Source of the DNA: Acidimicrobiia bacterium
GTDB taxonomy: Bacteria; Actinomycetota; Acidimicrobiia; Spongiisociales; ZC4RG35
Direction: 5' to 3'
NCBI GenBank assembly: GCA_050329955.1
Contig: JBHJOH010000053.1
Location: 1 to 58,403, forward strand
DNA length: 58,403 nt
The position numbers were made by a program, and so were the translations under genes. Below are positions 48,299 to 57,684 of the stretch, piece after piece; within the stretch, counting starts at the first letter, position 1, and every line of letters begins with the position of its first letter. The notes beneath the pieces are model-generated. The model searched no databases. It was not told the DNA's origin and worked only from the letters and a program-made list of their open reading frames with translations.

Positions 48299-49042
48299 TC
48301 ACTCCCAACGGAAGAGCCTGGCGGCGACTCCGCCGGCTACCACCGCGAAGCCCGCCATCACGGCAACACTAGACAGGGACGGCCCAGCGCCCGCCCAGAC
48401 GTCGCTCATCGCTTGTACGGCGGCGCCGGCGGGGGTGAAGTCGCTCACCCTCCGAAGGCTCTCGGGCATGCCCTCGCGCGGGAAGTAGATGCCGGCGAAG
48501 AACAACATCGGGAAGTACACCGCCATCCCGATGCCCTGCCCGGCCGAGGCGGTCTTGGCAACAGACCCGATGAAGAGACCCATGGCGAGCATCGACGCCG
48601 CCGCCAACACGAACACGGCCACGAAGCCGAGCATGTTGGCGGGCAGTTCGATGTCGAACGCCAAAACACCGATGGTCAGGGTGAGCAGCATCGCGGCGGT
48701 CGCCACCGCCACATGAACACCCAGCTGGGCCGCCAACAGCCGGCCCGGGTGGACCGGTGTCGTCCGCATTCGACGAAGGATCCCGAACTCCCGATAGGTG
48801 GCGAGCATCACCGGCAGGGTCGTGAAGGCCACCGTTGCCAGGGCGAGAACCAGGACGATCGGAGCGTAGAGGTCGATGAGGCGTCGGCCCCCGATCTCGG
48901 GAACCGGATCCCGGAATCCGGGAAAGAACGCCCCGAGGGCGACGAACACGACCGCCGGGAACGCCAGCCCCCAGAACAGGGCCGCCCGGTCGCGTACGAA
49001 GAGCTTGGATTCGGTGATGACGAGTTTGGTCATCGCTGACAT
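48299..49042 (-). CDS. ABC-2 type exporter permease
   Basis: YREFGILRRMRTTP, FPMLFFAGIYFP. GAGGAG RBS. Confidence 0.88.
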   Translation of the reverse strand: MSAMTKLVITESKLFVRDRAALFWGLAFPAVVFVALGAFFPGFRDPVPEIGGRRLIDLYAPIVLVLALATVAFTTLPVMLATYREFGILRRMRTTPVHPGRLLAAQLGVHVAVATAAMLLTLTIGVLAFDIELPANMLGFVAVFVLAAASMLAMGLFIGSVAKTASAGQGIGMAVYFPMLFFAGIYFPREGMPESLRRVSDFTPAGAAVQAMSDVWAGAGPSLSSVAVMAGFAVVAGGVAARLFRWE

Positions 49043-49052
49043 GGTGAACTCC

Positions 49053-49997
49053 TCACAGGACAACGGATTCGGCGTCGATGGTGCGGCCGGTCAGAGCCAC
49101 GAAGGCGTCGTCGAGGTTGGGCTGGTCGAAACGCAGCTGTTCGGCGACGATGTGATGGCGCACCAGAACGGTCACAACCGCGTGCAGCAGGTTCCCGGTG
49201 CCGGTGACGTGGATGTGCGAACCCTGCTCCTCCACCCGGGTCACCTCGGGCAGCTCAGACAACACGGTGTGATCGAAAGGCTGGGACGGCTTGAAGCGGA
49301 TCCGCTGTTCGGCATCGACCCGGGCCACCAGCCCGGACGGGGTGTCGACCGCAACCAGCTCACCGCCGTCGATGAGGGCGAGCCGATCACACAGCCGCTC
49401 GACCTCCTCCATGAAGTGCGACACCAGGACGATCGTCACTCCGTCGTCGCGGATGGACTCGATCAGATCCCAGGTGTCGCGACGGGCCTGAGGGTCGAGC
49501 CCGGTGGTCAGCTCGTCGAGGATTGCGATCTCGGGGTCGCCCACCAGAGCCAGCGCCACCGACAACCGCTGCTTCTGCCCACCAGAGAGGTCACCGAAAC
49601 GGGCCCTGTGCTGATCGCCCATGCCGAGTCGCTCGAGCAGCTCCGGCCACGGCCTCGGCTTCGGATAGAACGAGGCGTAGAGGTCCATTGCCTCCCAGAC
49701 CTTCAACCGGTCGGGAAGGCGGCTCTCTTGGAGCTGGCACCCGAGCCGTTCACGAAACGGGCCGCCCGCCCTCCGGGGGTCCATCCCCAGCACGTCGATG
49801 GTGCCTTCGTCGGGTGTCCGCAGGCCGGCGATCATCTCGACGAGGGTGGTCTTCCCGGCGCCATTGGGCCCGAGGACCCCGAAGATCTCACCACGCTCCA
49901 CATTCAGGCTGACCCCGTTCACGACGGCGCGGCCGTCGTAGCGCTTCACGAGCCTGTCGACTCTGATGACCGTGCCCCCAAACGGATGTGTGTCCAT
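49053..49997 (-). CDS. ABC exporter ATP-binding protein
   Basis: GPNGAGKTT, LSGGQKQR, ILDELTTGLDP. Confidence 0.92.
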   Translation of the reverse strand: MDTHPFGGTVIRVDRLVKRYDGRAVVNGVSLNVERGEIFGVLGPNGAGKTTLVEMIAGLRTPDEGTIDVLGMDPRRAGGPFRERLGCQLQESRLPDRLKVWEAMDLYASFYPKPRPWPELLERLGMGDQHRARFGDLSGGQKQRLSVALALVGDPEIAILDELTTGLDPQARRDTWDLIESIRDDGVTIVLVSHFMEEVERLCDRLALIDGGELVAVDTPSGLVARVDAEQRIRFKPSQPFDHTVLSELPEVTRVEEQGSHIHVTGTGNLLHAVVTVLVRHHIVAEQLRFDQPNLDDAFVALTGRTIDAESVVL

Positions 49998-50029
49998 GTG
50001 CACACCATGCCGACGACGCCGAGTCGCCA

Positions 50030-50095
50030 CATCGCCCCGTCGGATGGTTCACCGCCAGTCGACAGGTGGATCACCCATCCACCGATCAGTTGATG
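50030..50095. promoter_or_regulatory. Putative NarL-type operator array
   Basis: Imperfect palindrome CATCCACCGATCAGTTGATG (50076-50095) with weaker copies starting at 50053 and 50030 (23-bp spacing). Confidence 0.45.
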
Positions 50096-50224
50096 AGAAC
50101 CACGACCGGCTGACCGGACCGAAGTGGATCAGCCCCGACACCGACCAGCGAGCACCTTCGAGCCGTCGAGGAGCGACGCTCACGTGGCGCGCCTTTGCCG
50201 CCTGTCCGCCGCCCGCCGATTCGC

Positions 50225-52063
50225 TCATGCCGGCGGGGTGTGGTCCCACGACAGGAGGCGGCGCAGCAGGCTGCGCTTCTTGTGTTGGTGATGTTGCATG
50301 CGGGTCAGGATCGAATCGAGGGTGCGGATGGCGTCGGTGATGTGGGGGCCCTTGTTGAGCATCACGCACTCGGCACGTTCGGACATGGCGGCATCGGTGA
50401 TCTCGGCGCGCGACGGTTGCCCGGTTCGGGCCAGGATGTCGAGGACCTGGGTGGCCCAGATCACCGGGACGTGGGCCGCCTCGCAGGCCCACAGGATCTC
50501 CTCCTGGACCTCGGCCAGGCGTTCGAAGCCGACCTCTACGGCGAGGTCGCCGCGGGCGATCATCACGCCGACCTTGCGGGTTCGCATCGCAGCGAGCAAC
50601 AGGTTCGGGAGTTGCTCGAAGGCGGCGACGTTCTCGATCTTGAGCACGATGCCGATGCCGGCACCGTCGCGTTTGTCGAGTTCCGCCTGGAGTCGTTCGA
50701 CATCGGCGGGGTGGCGGACGAAGGACAGGTTGACCATGTCGGCGTGGTGGGCGACGAAGTCGAGGTCGACGAGGTCCTTACCCGTCAGGGCGTCGAGGCG
50801 GAGGTCGGTGTCGGGGAAGTTGATGCCCTTGCCGGCCTTCAGGTTGACCCCGCCCGGGCGGACATCGGTCACCCGCAGGTCGATCTCGTCGGGACTCACC
50901 CCCACGATGACGCCGCCGATCTTGCCGTCGTCGAGCCACACCCGCTCTCCCGGCTTGGCCTGATCGAACACCTCGGGCAGAGTGCAGCCAATGCGATGCT
51001 CGCTCCCCGGGGCGGTGGGCGTCGCCGGCTCCAAGCTGCGGGTGAGGGTCAGGTGGTCACCGTCGTCTACACGATGCACCTGCTCCACCTCGGGCAGATC
51101 GCCGATGACGACGCGGTCTTCGAGGTCACCAGGTGGGCAGATCAGCTCGAGCCCGGAACTCACGTAGGCGGTCTGGGTGGCAGCCACCAGGCAGCCATCG
51201 CCCCCGGCTTCAACCACCACCCAGTGCCGTGTTGCCTCCCGGCTGTCGACCAACTCCAGTGGGTCGCCCGGCCGTCGGCGTCCGAGCCAACCGGCGTCTT
51301 CCACCCGCACCACCGTGACCCGAGGGGCGACGGTGACGGGAGCAGCATCGGCGGTGAGCCACACGAGCGCCGGCGCCGTGACGACACCCAGGCGGTCGCG
51401 TCGCGGCGAGATACGCACCACCCGTGGACCCGGCTGTAACGGGCCGGTGCGGAGCTTCGGACCGGCCAGGTCCATCGCTACCCGCGGCCGATGGCCGTTG
51501 GCGCGCCGTGTCGAGCGGACGCGGTCGATCATCCGCTTCCAGACCTCGGGGCCGTCATGGGCGCAGTTGACCCGGGCGATGTCCATACCGCACTCTGCCA
51601 TCCGTTGCACCAGATCCGGGTCGTCGGCTGCGGCGGTCGGCAGTGTGACCATGATCCTGGTGCCACGCGTACCGCCGCTGGTGCCGAGCAGGGCTTCGGC
51701 GTTGGCGGCGAGGAACTCGTGGCCCTCGTGCATCGCCACAGCGGCGGTGCACGGTGGCGGAACGTGCCCGTTCAGTCGGGCCAGCACCGACAGGACTTCC
51801 TCGACCGTCGCCAGCACGTGCGCCTCGGACCGGCCCAGCGAGGACAGCCCTGATGCGGCGAGTCGCGCCTGAAGATCACGAACGTCGTGCTGTCTCAGCT
51901 CGAGGTAGTGGACCAGGTTGGCGGCGGAGCGTCGGTGCGCCGGGTGGGTGGCGGCGATGGCAGCGGCCCTGGTCGTCTCGGCCGCGAGCATGGCGTCGCG
52001 CACCGTCCGGACGTCGGCCTCCAAGACGTCGAGGGCGTCACGCCCGTTCATGGTCTCATCCAC
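50225..52063 (-). CDS. pyk: Pyruvate kinase, atypical long form
   Basis: TRIMVT, ARVNCAHD, MDLAGPKLRTG, LDDGKI, KGINFP, LKIE, MIARGDLAVE, ATQVL, PSRAEITDA, CVMLNKG. Start 52063 or 52051. Confidence 0.9.
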   Translation of the reverse strand: MDETMNGRDALDVLEADVRTVRDAMLAAETTRAAAIAATHPAHRRSAANLVHYLELRQHDVRDLQARLAASGLSSLGRSEAHVLATVEEVLSVLARLNGHVPPPCTAAVAMHEGHEFLAANAEALLGTSGGTRGTRIMVTLPTAAADDPDLVQRMAECGMDIARVNCAHDGPEVWKRMIDRVRSTRRANGHRPRVAMDLAGPKLRTGPLQPGPRVVRISPRRDRLGVVTAPALVWLTADAAPVTVAPRVTVVRVEDAGWLGRRRPGDPLELVDSREATRHWVVVEAGGDGCLVAATQTAYVSSGLELICPPGDLEDRVVIGDLPEVEQVHRVDDGDHLTLTRSLEPATPTAPGSEHRIGCTLPEVFDQAKPGERVWLDDGKIGGVIVGVSPDEIDLRVTDVRPGGVNLKAGKGINFPDTDLRLDALTGKDLVDLDFVAHHADMVNLSFVRHPADVERLQAELDKRDGAGIGIVLKIENVAAFEQLPNLLLAAMRTRKVGVMIARGDLAVEVGFERLAEVQEEILWACEAAHVPVIWATQVLDILARTGQPSRAEITDAAMSERAECVMLNKGPHITDAIRTLDSILTRMQHHQHKKRSLLRRLLSWDHTPPA

Positions 52064-52189
52064 CGTCGGAGCCTACGAACTCCGATTGAACAAAAGCTGA
52101 ACGGCTGCCGACCGGTGGTTCCCACTCGCTGGGTCTCGTATCAGGTGAACGCTCGACACCGGGGCCGGTGTCGGATCAACCCATAGGCC

Positions 52190-52798
52190 TCACAGCTCGT
52201 TCGCCACGTTCTCCCGCCACTGGAAGATGACCAAAGCGGCCATGGCCACCAGCAGCACACCGAGGACAACGAGGGCCCTGATTCTCGACCGTTCGCGTGG
52301 TGTGAGCGGTCTCGCCTCGATCGGATCCCGCCACGCTCTGACGATTCGTACGACGAGACCGGCCGCTACCAGCGTCGTCGACACCACGATGCCGGGAGTG
52401 GCGATCGCCCACCTGAGCGAGAGCATTCCGGACCAGGCGCTGAGCACCGACACCGCCGGACTCACCCACCAGGCGAAGGCAGGAATCAGCAGAATCGGTG
52501 GGCCCGCCAGGGCCTCACGCTTGGTCGTTGGGGAGCGCACCAGCAGCAGAAAGCCAGCCAACCCGCACAGCGCCCCCACCGCACCCGAGACCGCCGACCG
52601 CATCTGCCATTCAGCGACACGGACGATTCCCTGTCGAACCGACTCCTCGGCGGTGCGGAAGGGTTCGAAGCCGTCCCCGACGACGATCTTTTCTTCCGAA
52701 TCGCCAACCTCGGCGTCAGCGCCGTACGTCAACGAGATGGAGAGACCGACCGACAGAGCGAGCAGCAATGCCGCCCACAGAACAGCGAACCGGTGCAT
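52190..52798 (-). CDS. Hypothetical membrane protein
   Basis: GAGGAGG RBS; several TM segments. Confidence 0.6.
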   Translation of the reverse strand: MHRFAVLWAALLLALSVGLSISLTYGADAEVGDSEEKIVVGDGFEPFRTAEESVRQGIVRVAEWQMRSAVSGAVGALCGLAGFLLLVRSPTTKREALAGPPILLIPAFAWWVSPAVSVLSAWSGMLSLRWAIATPGIVVSTTLVAAGLVVRIVRAWRDPIEARPLTPRERSRIRALVVLGVLLVAMAALVIFQWRENVANEL

Positions 52799-52929
52799 CG
52801 TCCCTCCTCACAACACCACGCCGTGTCCGTCACCAGCGCCGGGATGCTACTCCCAGCATCACTGGTAGGCCCCAAGCACCGACCCAAAGGGAGCCGAATA
52901 CCAGCCCCGGACCGGCGGAGGCGCACGAA

Positions 52930-53152
52930 CCGCTCACCCGGCCACGCCCGCAGGTCGTCCACCGCCTGACCTGCCGTAGTCCCATCGATCAGGCCACGAA
53001 GGTGATGGGCCCGGATGACACCGATCACCTCGGCGTCGATCAGGTGCGGAGCGGCATGGTCGGTGTCGCCCACAAGCACTTCTCGGACCGTGTCCGCACC
53101 CGGGGGCATCGACCAGCACCTCGTACAAGCAGGAGGCGTCAACCACCAACAT
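52930..53152 (-). pseudogene. VapC PIN-domain toxin, frameshifted and truncated
   Basis: MLVVDASCLYEVLVDAPG continues in another frame as ADTVREVL...APHLIDAEV...DLRAWPGERF, with an extra base in the C/G run near 53100. Similarity then ends before the C-terminal catalytic Asp region. Confidence 0.8.
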
Positions 53153-53384
53153 CGGACCACGGCCCGCGCAACTCGTCGAGGGCATCGACGATGTCCTGGG
53201 ACGAAATCTCCGACGGTCGCCGATGTGTCCGTTCGAGCCACTGGGCGACACTCGGCCGGGAAGCCAGACGGGTGGCCTCACGCCGCAGCAACTCCGGCAC
53301 GGTGAGACCCAGCTCGGCAGCACGCAGGGACAAAACCCGGTAGACGTCGTCGTCGATGTCGCGAATCTGCACGGTTCGGGGCAT
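53139..53384 (-). CDS. Ribbon-helix-helix antitoxin (VapB/FitA-like)
   Basis: RTVQIRDIDDDVYRVLSLRAAELGLTVPELLR; overlaps the vapC start. Confidence 0.8.
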   Translation of the reverse strand: MPRTVQIRDIDDDVYRVLSLRAAELGLTVPELLRREATRLASRPSVAQWLERTHRRPSEISSQDIVDALDELRGPWSDVGG

Positions 53385-53589
53385 CAGCGCATTGTGACAT
53401 GCACGCGCGCGTGTCCGCTTCTGCACATCCTCGGGCTGTTGTGCTGTACAACTTCGGGCTTCAGCTGGTCACTCACTCTCGGGCTGATCAGCTGGACCTC
53501 TCTGGCAGCCAGAATCCGCGAATGCCGGAACGAAACCGCGAGTCACCACCAAACCCGGAGCAATCCACGACCCGACGGACAGGACGAGT

Positions 53590-54957
53590 TCACGTCTCTG
53601 TGTGCCGGGTGGCGTAGTAGAGACGCTTGGGATCCTGCGGGCTGGTACCAACCTCAACAACGAGACCCCTCTCGATCAGTTCGACAAGCCGAGTACGTGT
53701 CGCTCGGGTGCTGCGCCCGATCACTGCGGCGAGATCGCTGGTGGAACGTCCCTCGCTACCGGCCAGAGCTCCGAGGATGGCACGGTCGACGCCATCCAGC
53801 ACCACCTCGTTCACGGGCTCCGTGAACAGGGTGACACGGAATCGGGTGGCCATCTCCTCGAACACCGGGGGCGGCAGGCCCGCATCCCGACAGGCGGCTG
53901 CCATGCGCTGAACGCCAGAACCCCACTGCTCGATCAACCCCAACTCGTGGAAGACCCGGCCGATCACACGGTTCCGCAGCTTCGACACTCCGCGAGGCAG
54001 GTCCTCGACCGTGAGCCCAAAAGGCAGCAGACCCGGATTCTCGACCTCGAGTCGATCGTCATACATCGCGATCCGGATCGGCGCGCCGAACTGGCCATAG
54101 TCTGCGTGCGCGACGGCGTTCACCACCGCTTCACGCACCGCCACAGGGGGCACGCTGGGTCGTTCGCGGCGTCGTACCGCGCCGATCTCCGCGCCATGAA
54201 GCGTGTGGCGATGCACGAATGCAACCGCCTCCTCCACCGCCCCCGGAAGGGGACCCCGGATCTCCACCCGATCCAGAATCCGGCTGCGATCGGACCCGGC
54301 AAAACGACCCGCCTGTATCCAGGCGTCGGGGAAGTGGTGCTCGCGGTTCACGCCGAACAACAGCATGCCACCCACCGTCGGCACCCTCTTGCCCTGGTAC
54401 GCCACCACCAGCCGAAGGGTCTCGAGATCGGACCGGCGCAGATGTCGCACCGCTGAGAACGACTCGGAAGCTGCTATGAAGTCGACCGCTTCCGAGTCGA
54501 GGTGCGGCATCGGCTGCTCGTCGTACGCAACGCCACGTGCGTAGCGGCCGAGCTCGGCGATCATTTGGGGGTCGGCACGCCGATTGGTGGATCCAACCCT
54601 GACGTACACCCCCCGATCAGCACCTTCCCGACTCACATGATGCGGCCTCAGCGAACTCGAGTGCACCTCCACCGCCACCACATATAACCCACGCCATTGG
54701 ACGATCTCCACGTCCGGCACCAACCGAGGCTCGATCCCGTCGGAAACCAGACTCGCGAGCCTTTCCTCCAAATCCAGCACGTCCTCGACACCACGCACCT
54801 GGGCGGTCGAATCGTCCACGCCCACCAGCAACGTCCCACCAGCCGTGTTGGCGAACGCCACCATCGTCTTGATCACACCAGCGGGCGAGGACAGGTCCCG
54901 TTTGAACTCCAACGTCTTGCCCTCAGGCCGTCGCAGCAACTCCGTCAGCGCTTCCAT
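53590..54957 (-). CDS. AlbA_2 (Schlafen-like) + HATPase_c_4 + HTH protein
   Basis: EGKTLEFKR, VAFANTAGG.LLVGVDD, YVRVGSTNR, REAVVNAVAHADY, DRLEVENPG, RNRVI, IEQWGSGV, C-terminal HTH. Confidence 0.88.
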   Translation of the reverse strand: MEALTELLRRPEGKTLEFKRDLSSPAGVIKTMVAFANTAGGTLLVGVDDSTAQVRGVEDVLDLEERLASLVSDGIEPRLVPDVEIVQWRGLYVVAVEVHSSSLRPHHVSREGADRGVYVRVGSTNRRADPQMIAELGRYARGVAYDEQPMPHLDSEAVDFIAASESFSAVRHLRRSDLETLRLVVAYQGKRVPTVGGMLLFGVNREHHFPDAWIQAGRFAGSDRSRILDRVEIRGPLPGAVEEAVAFVHRHTLHGAEIGAVRRRERPSVPPVAVREAVVNAVAHADYGQFGAPIRIAMYDDRLEVENPGLLPFGLTVEDLPRGVSKLRNRVIGRVFHELGLIEQWGSGVQRMAAACRDAGLPPPVFEEMATRFRVTLFTEPVNEVVLDGVDRAILGALAGSEGRSTSDLAAVIGRSTRATRTRLVELIERGLVVEVGTSPQDPKRLYYATRHTET

Positions 54958-55587
54958 ACTCGGAAGACTACTATGAAGCGCTGACGCCGGCCTCACTTCA
55001 GAGCAACCGCCTGGCAGTCGCTCGAGCGTCGTTCGCCTCCCGGCAATCACCTGGCCCCGCAGCCCTTCGAAGCCCAATCACTATTTCCAGGAGGAACACC
55101 CCCCGACCACCGCGGAGACATGGAGCCCCGACCCTCTATGAACTCCGGGTTGGCTCAGACCCTCGATCTAGGGGCAGTTTCGCAAGACCGCTATCGGCAG
55201 TTTCGCAGACATGTGAGGCGACTTCCCAAGGATCCGGGCCGCTGCCATTCGACTCCTGCCCACATCGCTCTCGTTGGTCTGGCCGCCAGCGGTTCCCGAC
55301 CCCAACAAGTCGACGTTCAGGACTCGGCGCACCGGGCTGCGTGATGAGACGCTTGGGATCCTGTGCAGCACCTACAGGATCGGCACGGCCAGGCTGCGAC
55401 TGTCAGCCACATAGAGGACGCTCCGAACATCGCCGAAGCAGTCCCTCTCCCACCCCACAACCGCCCTCGACACCCCCAGCGAAGCCAACCCAGCCAGCCC
55501 CCACCGGTGCCGCTGCTACCCTCCCCCGAGCAGTGAACACAGGCCCGTTCACCACCCCAAACCCCTTGTCCCACAAGGTAAACCCAC

Positions 55588-55628
55588 GCCCTCGTAGCTC
55601 AGGGGATAGAGCGACTGCCTCCTAAGCA
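55588..55628 (+). tRNA. 5' half only of tRNA-Arg(CCT), non-functional fragment
   Basis: GCCCTCGTAGCTCAGGGGATAGAGCGACTGCCTCCTAAGCA covers the acceptor 5' strand, D arm and anticodon loop CT-CCT-AA. No T arm (GGTTCGA) follows. Confidence 0.85.
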
Positions 55629-56100
55629 CACCCCACCCAACGCTGTGCTACCAACCCGTTTCCCCACGTCAACGCCCTCCAGCCGCCAACGCAACACACC
55701 GAATCAGTCGCTCCGTCGGCAACATCCGTAGCCCGACCGACAAGCCGATCCCCGCACACCTGCAGAACATCATCTAATTCGGCCGCGAGCATTGCCCCGC
55801 CCTCCGCCACGACCTCACGCCCTGCCCGATCTGCTCGTGGGCAGCAACCAAGAACGTCAGCGCTCCGGCCGTTGAGACCGCTTCCCGGCGGGACCGGCGG
55901 AGCGGTGACAGCAAACCCGGGCGGGTGGCATCGGCGCTTGCCACCGTCACCCCCGAACGAACACCAGAACCCGCTGCCGGGAAGGTGATCGTCTCGGCCC
56001 CGGTACGATGTCGGCGATCTTGGCGTCGAGATCGAAGAGGTGGCTTTCCGGTTGCCCGCAGCCGGTGATAGGGTCGGATCGGAGCGACGACGGAGATCGA

Positions 56101-56415
56101 TTGACGGGTCAAGAGACGAAGCTCATGGTCTGGATCGACCAGGATCTGTGCACCGGCGACGGGATCTGTGAGGAGATCGCACCTGACGTGTTCGTGGGGC
56201 GCGACGACGGACTGTGGGTGGTGAAGGAAGAGTCGAAGCATTTCGGCCGGACCATGTTGTTCGACGGGATCGAAGGCGAGGGGCACGGCCCCGAAGGATC
56301 GCGGGGATTGGCCCGCGTCCCCGATTCGCTGATCGAGGACACAATCGAGGCTGCCGAGGAATGCCCCGGCGAATGCATCATGATCGAGCCGTACAGTCCG
56401 GAGGCGGTGACATGA
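56101..56415 (+). CDS. Monocluster ferredoxin
   Basis: VWIDQDLCTGDGICEEIAPDVF...AAEECPGECI (CxxDxxC...CP). Start is TTG 56101 or ATG 56125. Confidence 0.9.
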   Translation: MTGQETKLMVWIDQDLCTGDGICEEIAPDVFVGRDDGLWVVKEESKHFGRTMLFDGIEGEGHGPEGSRGLARVPDSLIEDTIEAAEECPGECIMIEPYSPEAVT

Positions 56416-56729
56416 CCGAAACGCCCTTGCGACCGCTGGAGCGGGTGATCCTCCGGATGCGCGACGACGGACGTTCCTTGCCGGCGATCGGGCTTCGGGT
56501 CAACCGCCGGCCCGGGACCGTGGGCCGGATCCTCGAGATGATCGAGCACAAGGCCGGAATCCCCGGGCGGGCAGCCACCCCCGTGACGCAACTGCGCCCG
56601 GTGGAGCGAGTGGTGCTGCGGCTCCGGGACGAAGGAGAGAGCTACGGCCAAATCGGCAATCGGCTCCGCATGAGCGGTGCCCATGTGCGGCGCATCGAGG
56701 CGTATTCGCAGTTGAAGAACGACACCTGA
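56412..56729 (+). CDS. Small protein with two tandem sigma70 region-4-like HTH repeats
   Basis: LRPLERVILRMRDDGRS..AIG and LRPVERVVLRLRDEGES..QIG repeats; GGAGG RBS; ATGA overlap with ferredoxin. Confidence 0.8.
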   Translation: MTETPLRPLERVILRMRDDGRSLPAIGLRVNRRPGTVGRILEMIEHKAGIPGRAATPVTQLRPVERVVLRLRDEGESYGQIGNRLRMSGAHVRRIEAYSQLKNDT

Positions 56730-56733
56730 CCCT

Positions 56734-57330
56734 TCACCGGGAGTGGCGCCAGCGAAGCCGTGGGCTGAGGTGGGGTGGACGCCTCCCTCCCGAGGGAAGA
56801 GAACCGCGACCCCTTCGTCGCCGGAGGCTCTTGGCTTCCTGCTTTGTCCCTCCGAAGCGGGGACGGCGTCGCCAAGGCAGAGCAGGGTCCCATAGGGAGG
56901 AAATGTGTCGACGTCGGCGCGGCCGGCGGCGACGGCGGCTCCAGGGCAAGTGCTCCGTATACGCGTCGAAGTGCGGCGATTGCGAGGTGGGTACGGGGCT
57001 CACGAGTGCCGTTTCCGAGCGCAGCTCTCGTCGATGTAGCTTGATGTCGTTCTTGTGAAGTGTAGGAAGGTGGGCGACTAACACGAACACTCGGCGAAAG
57101 GCAGCGAGGAAGTGGACTTTGTCGGTGTAGCCGGTGACCGCGGTCCCGCCTCGGGGGCTGGTCCATGCGGTGACGAGTGGCGCGGCGGTGATGCCGACGA
57201 GTTGCCAGCCGTCGCCGCCGAGCTGGTTGAATCGGTCTTGGACGTCGGTGGTGATGGCTGGTCCGGTGGGGGCGGGGTAGACCGGCGTTCCTGTCCACGA
57301 CCCTCCCCCTACACCGCGATGCCCAGCCAT
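56734..57330 (-). CDS. Possible DUF4177-like gene remnant
   Basis: FNQLGGDGWQLVGI motif in the N-terminal half; the remainder looks non-coding. Confidence 0.3.
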   Translation of the reverse strand: MAGHRGVGGGSWTGTPVYPAPTGPAITTDVQDRFNQLGGDGWQLVGITAAPLVTAWTSPRGGTAVTGYTDKVHFLAAFRRVFVLVAHLPTLHKNDIKLHRRELRSETALVSPVPTSQSPHFDAYTEHLPWSRRRRRPRRRRHISSLWDPALPWRRRPRFGGTKQEAKSLRRRRGRGSLPSGGRRPPHLSPRLRWRHSR

Positions 57331-57358
57331 CTATCGCGTCTGGACTTACGATCAACCT

Positions 57359-57684
57359 ATGGTCGATGACACCACTCCGTTCATGCTTGAAGACGTCTTC
57401 CGAAGCCCGGAGCCTGGTAGGGACAAATTCCTTTCGCGTCTGTTCGGGCTCTCCAACGAGGAAGTCGTGCGCGCCTGGGCCGCCGATGAGCGGGCGCCCT
57501 ACGAGGACTTAGGGAGGCCCACCCTTCGTTGGCCCGCGGATGCCGCCTGGCACACCCTCGACTTCACACTCCGCCGCCGATCTGATGGTGCCGTCTTCGT
57601 TGCCGAGATGAAGTGCGATCTTGAGTTCGAGGGGTATCGCTACATCCGATTGAGTGACGTCCACCATGTCGAGCGCCATCTAGG
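57359..57684 (+). pseudogene. Putative PD-(D/E)XK nuclease gene interrupted by IS481
   Basis: TLDFTL...VFVAEMKC motif; the reading frame runs into the IS end. Confidence 0.6.

Noticed and set aside
55588-55800. Group I intron in tRNA-Arg(CCT)
   Set aside because: The break is in the 3' anticodon stem rather than right after the anticodon, and no intron core or 3' exon is visible.
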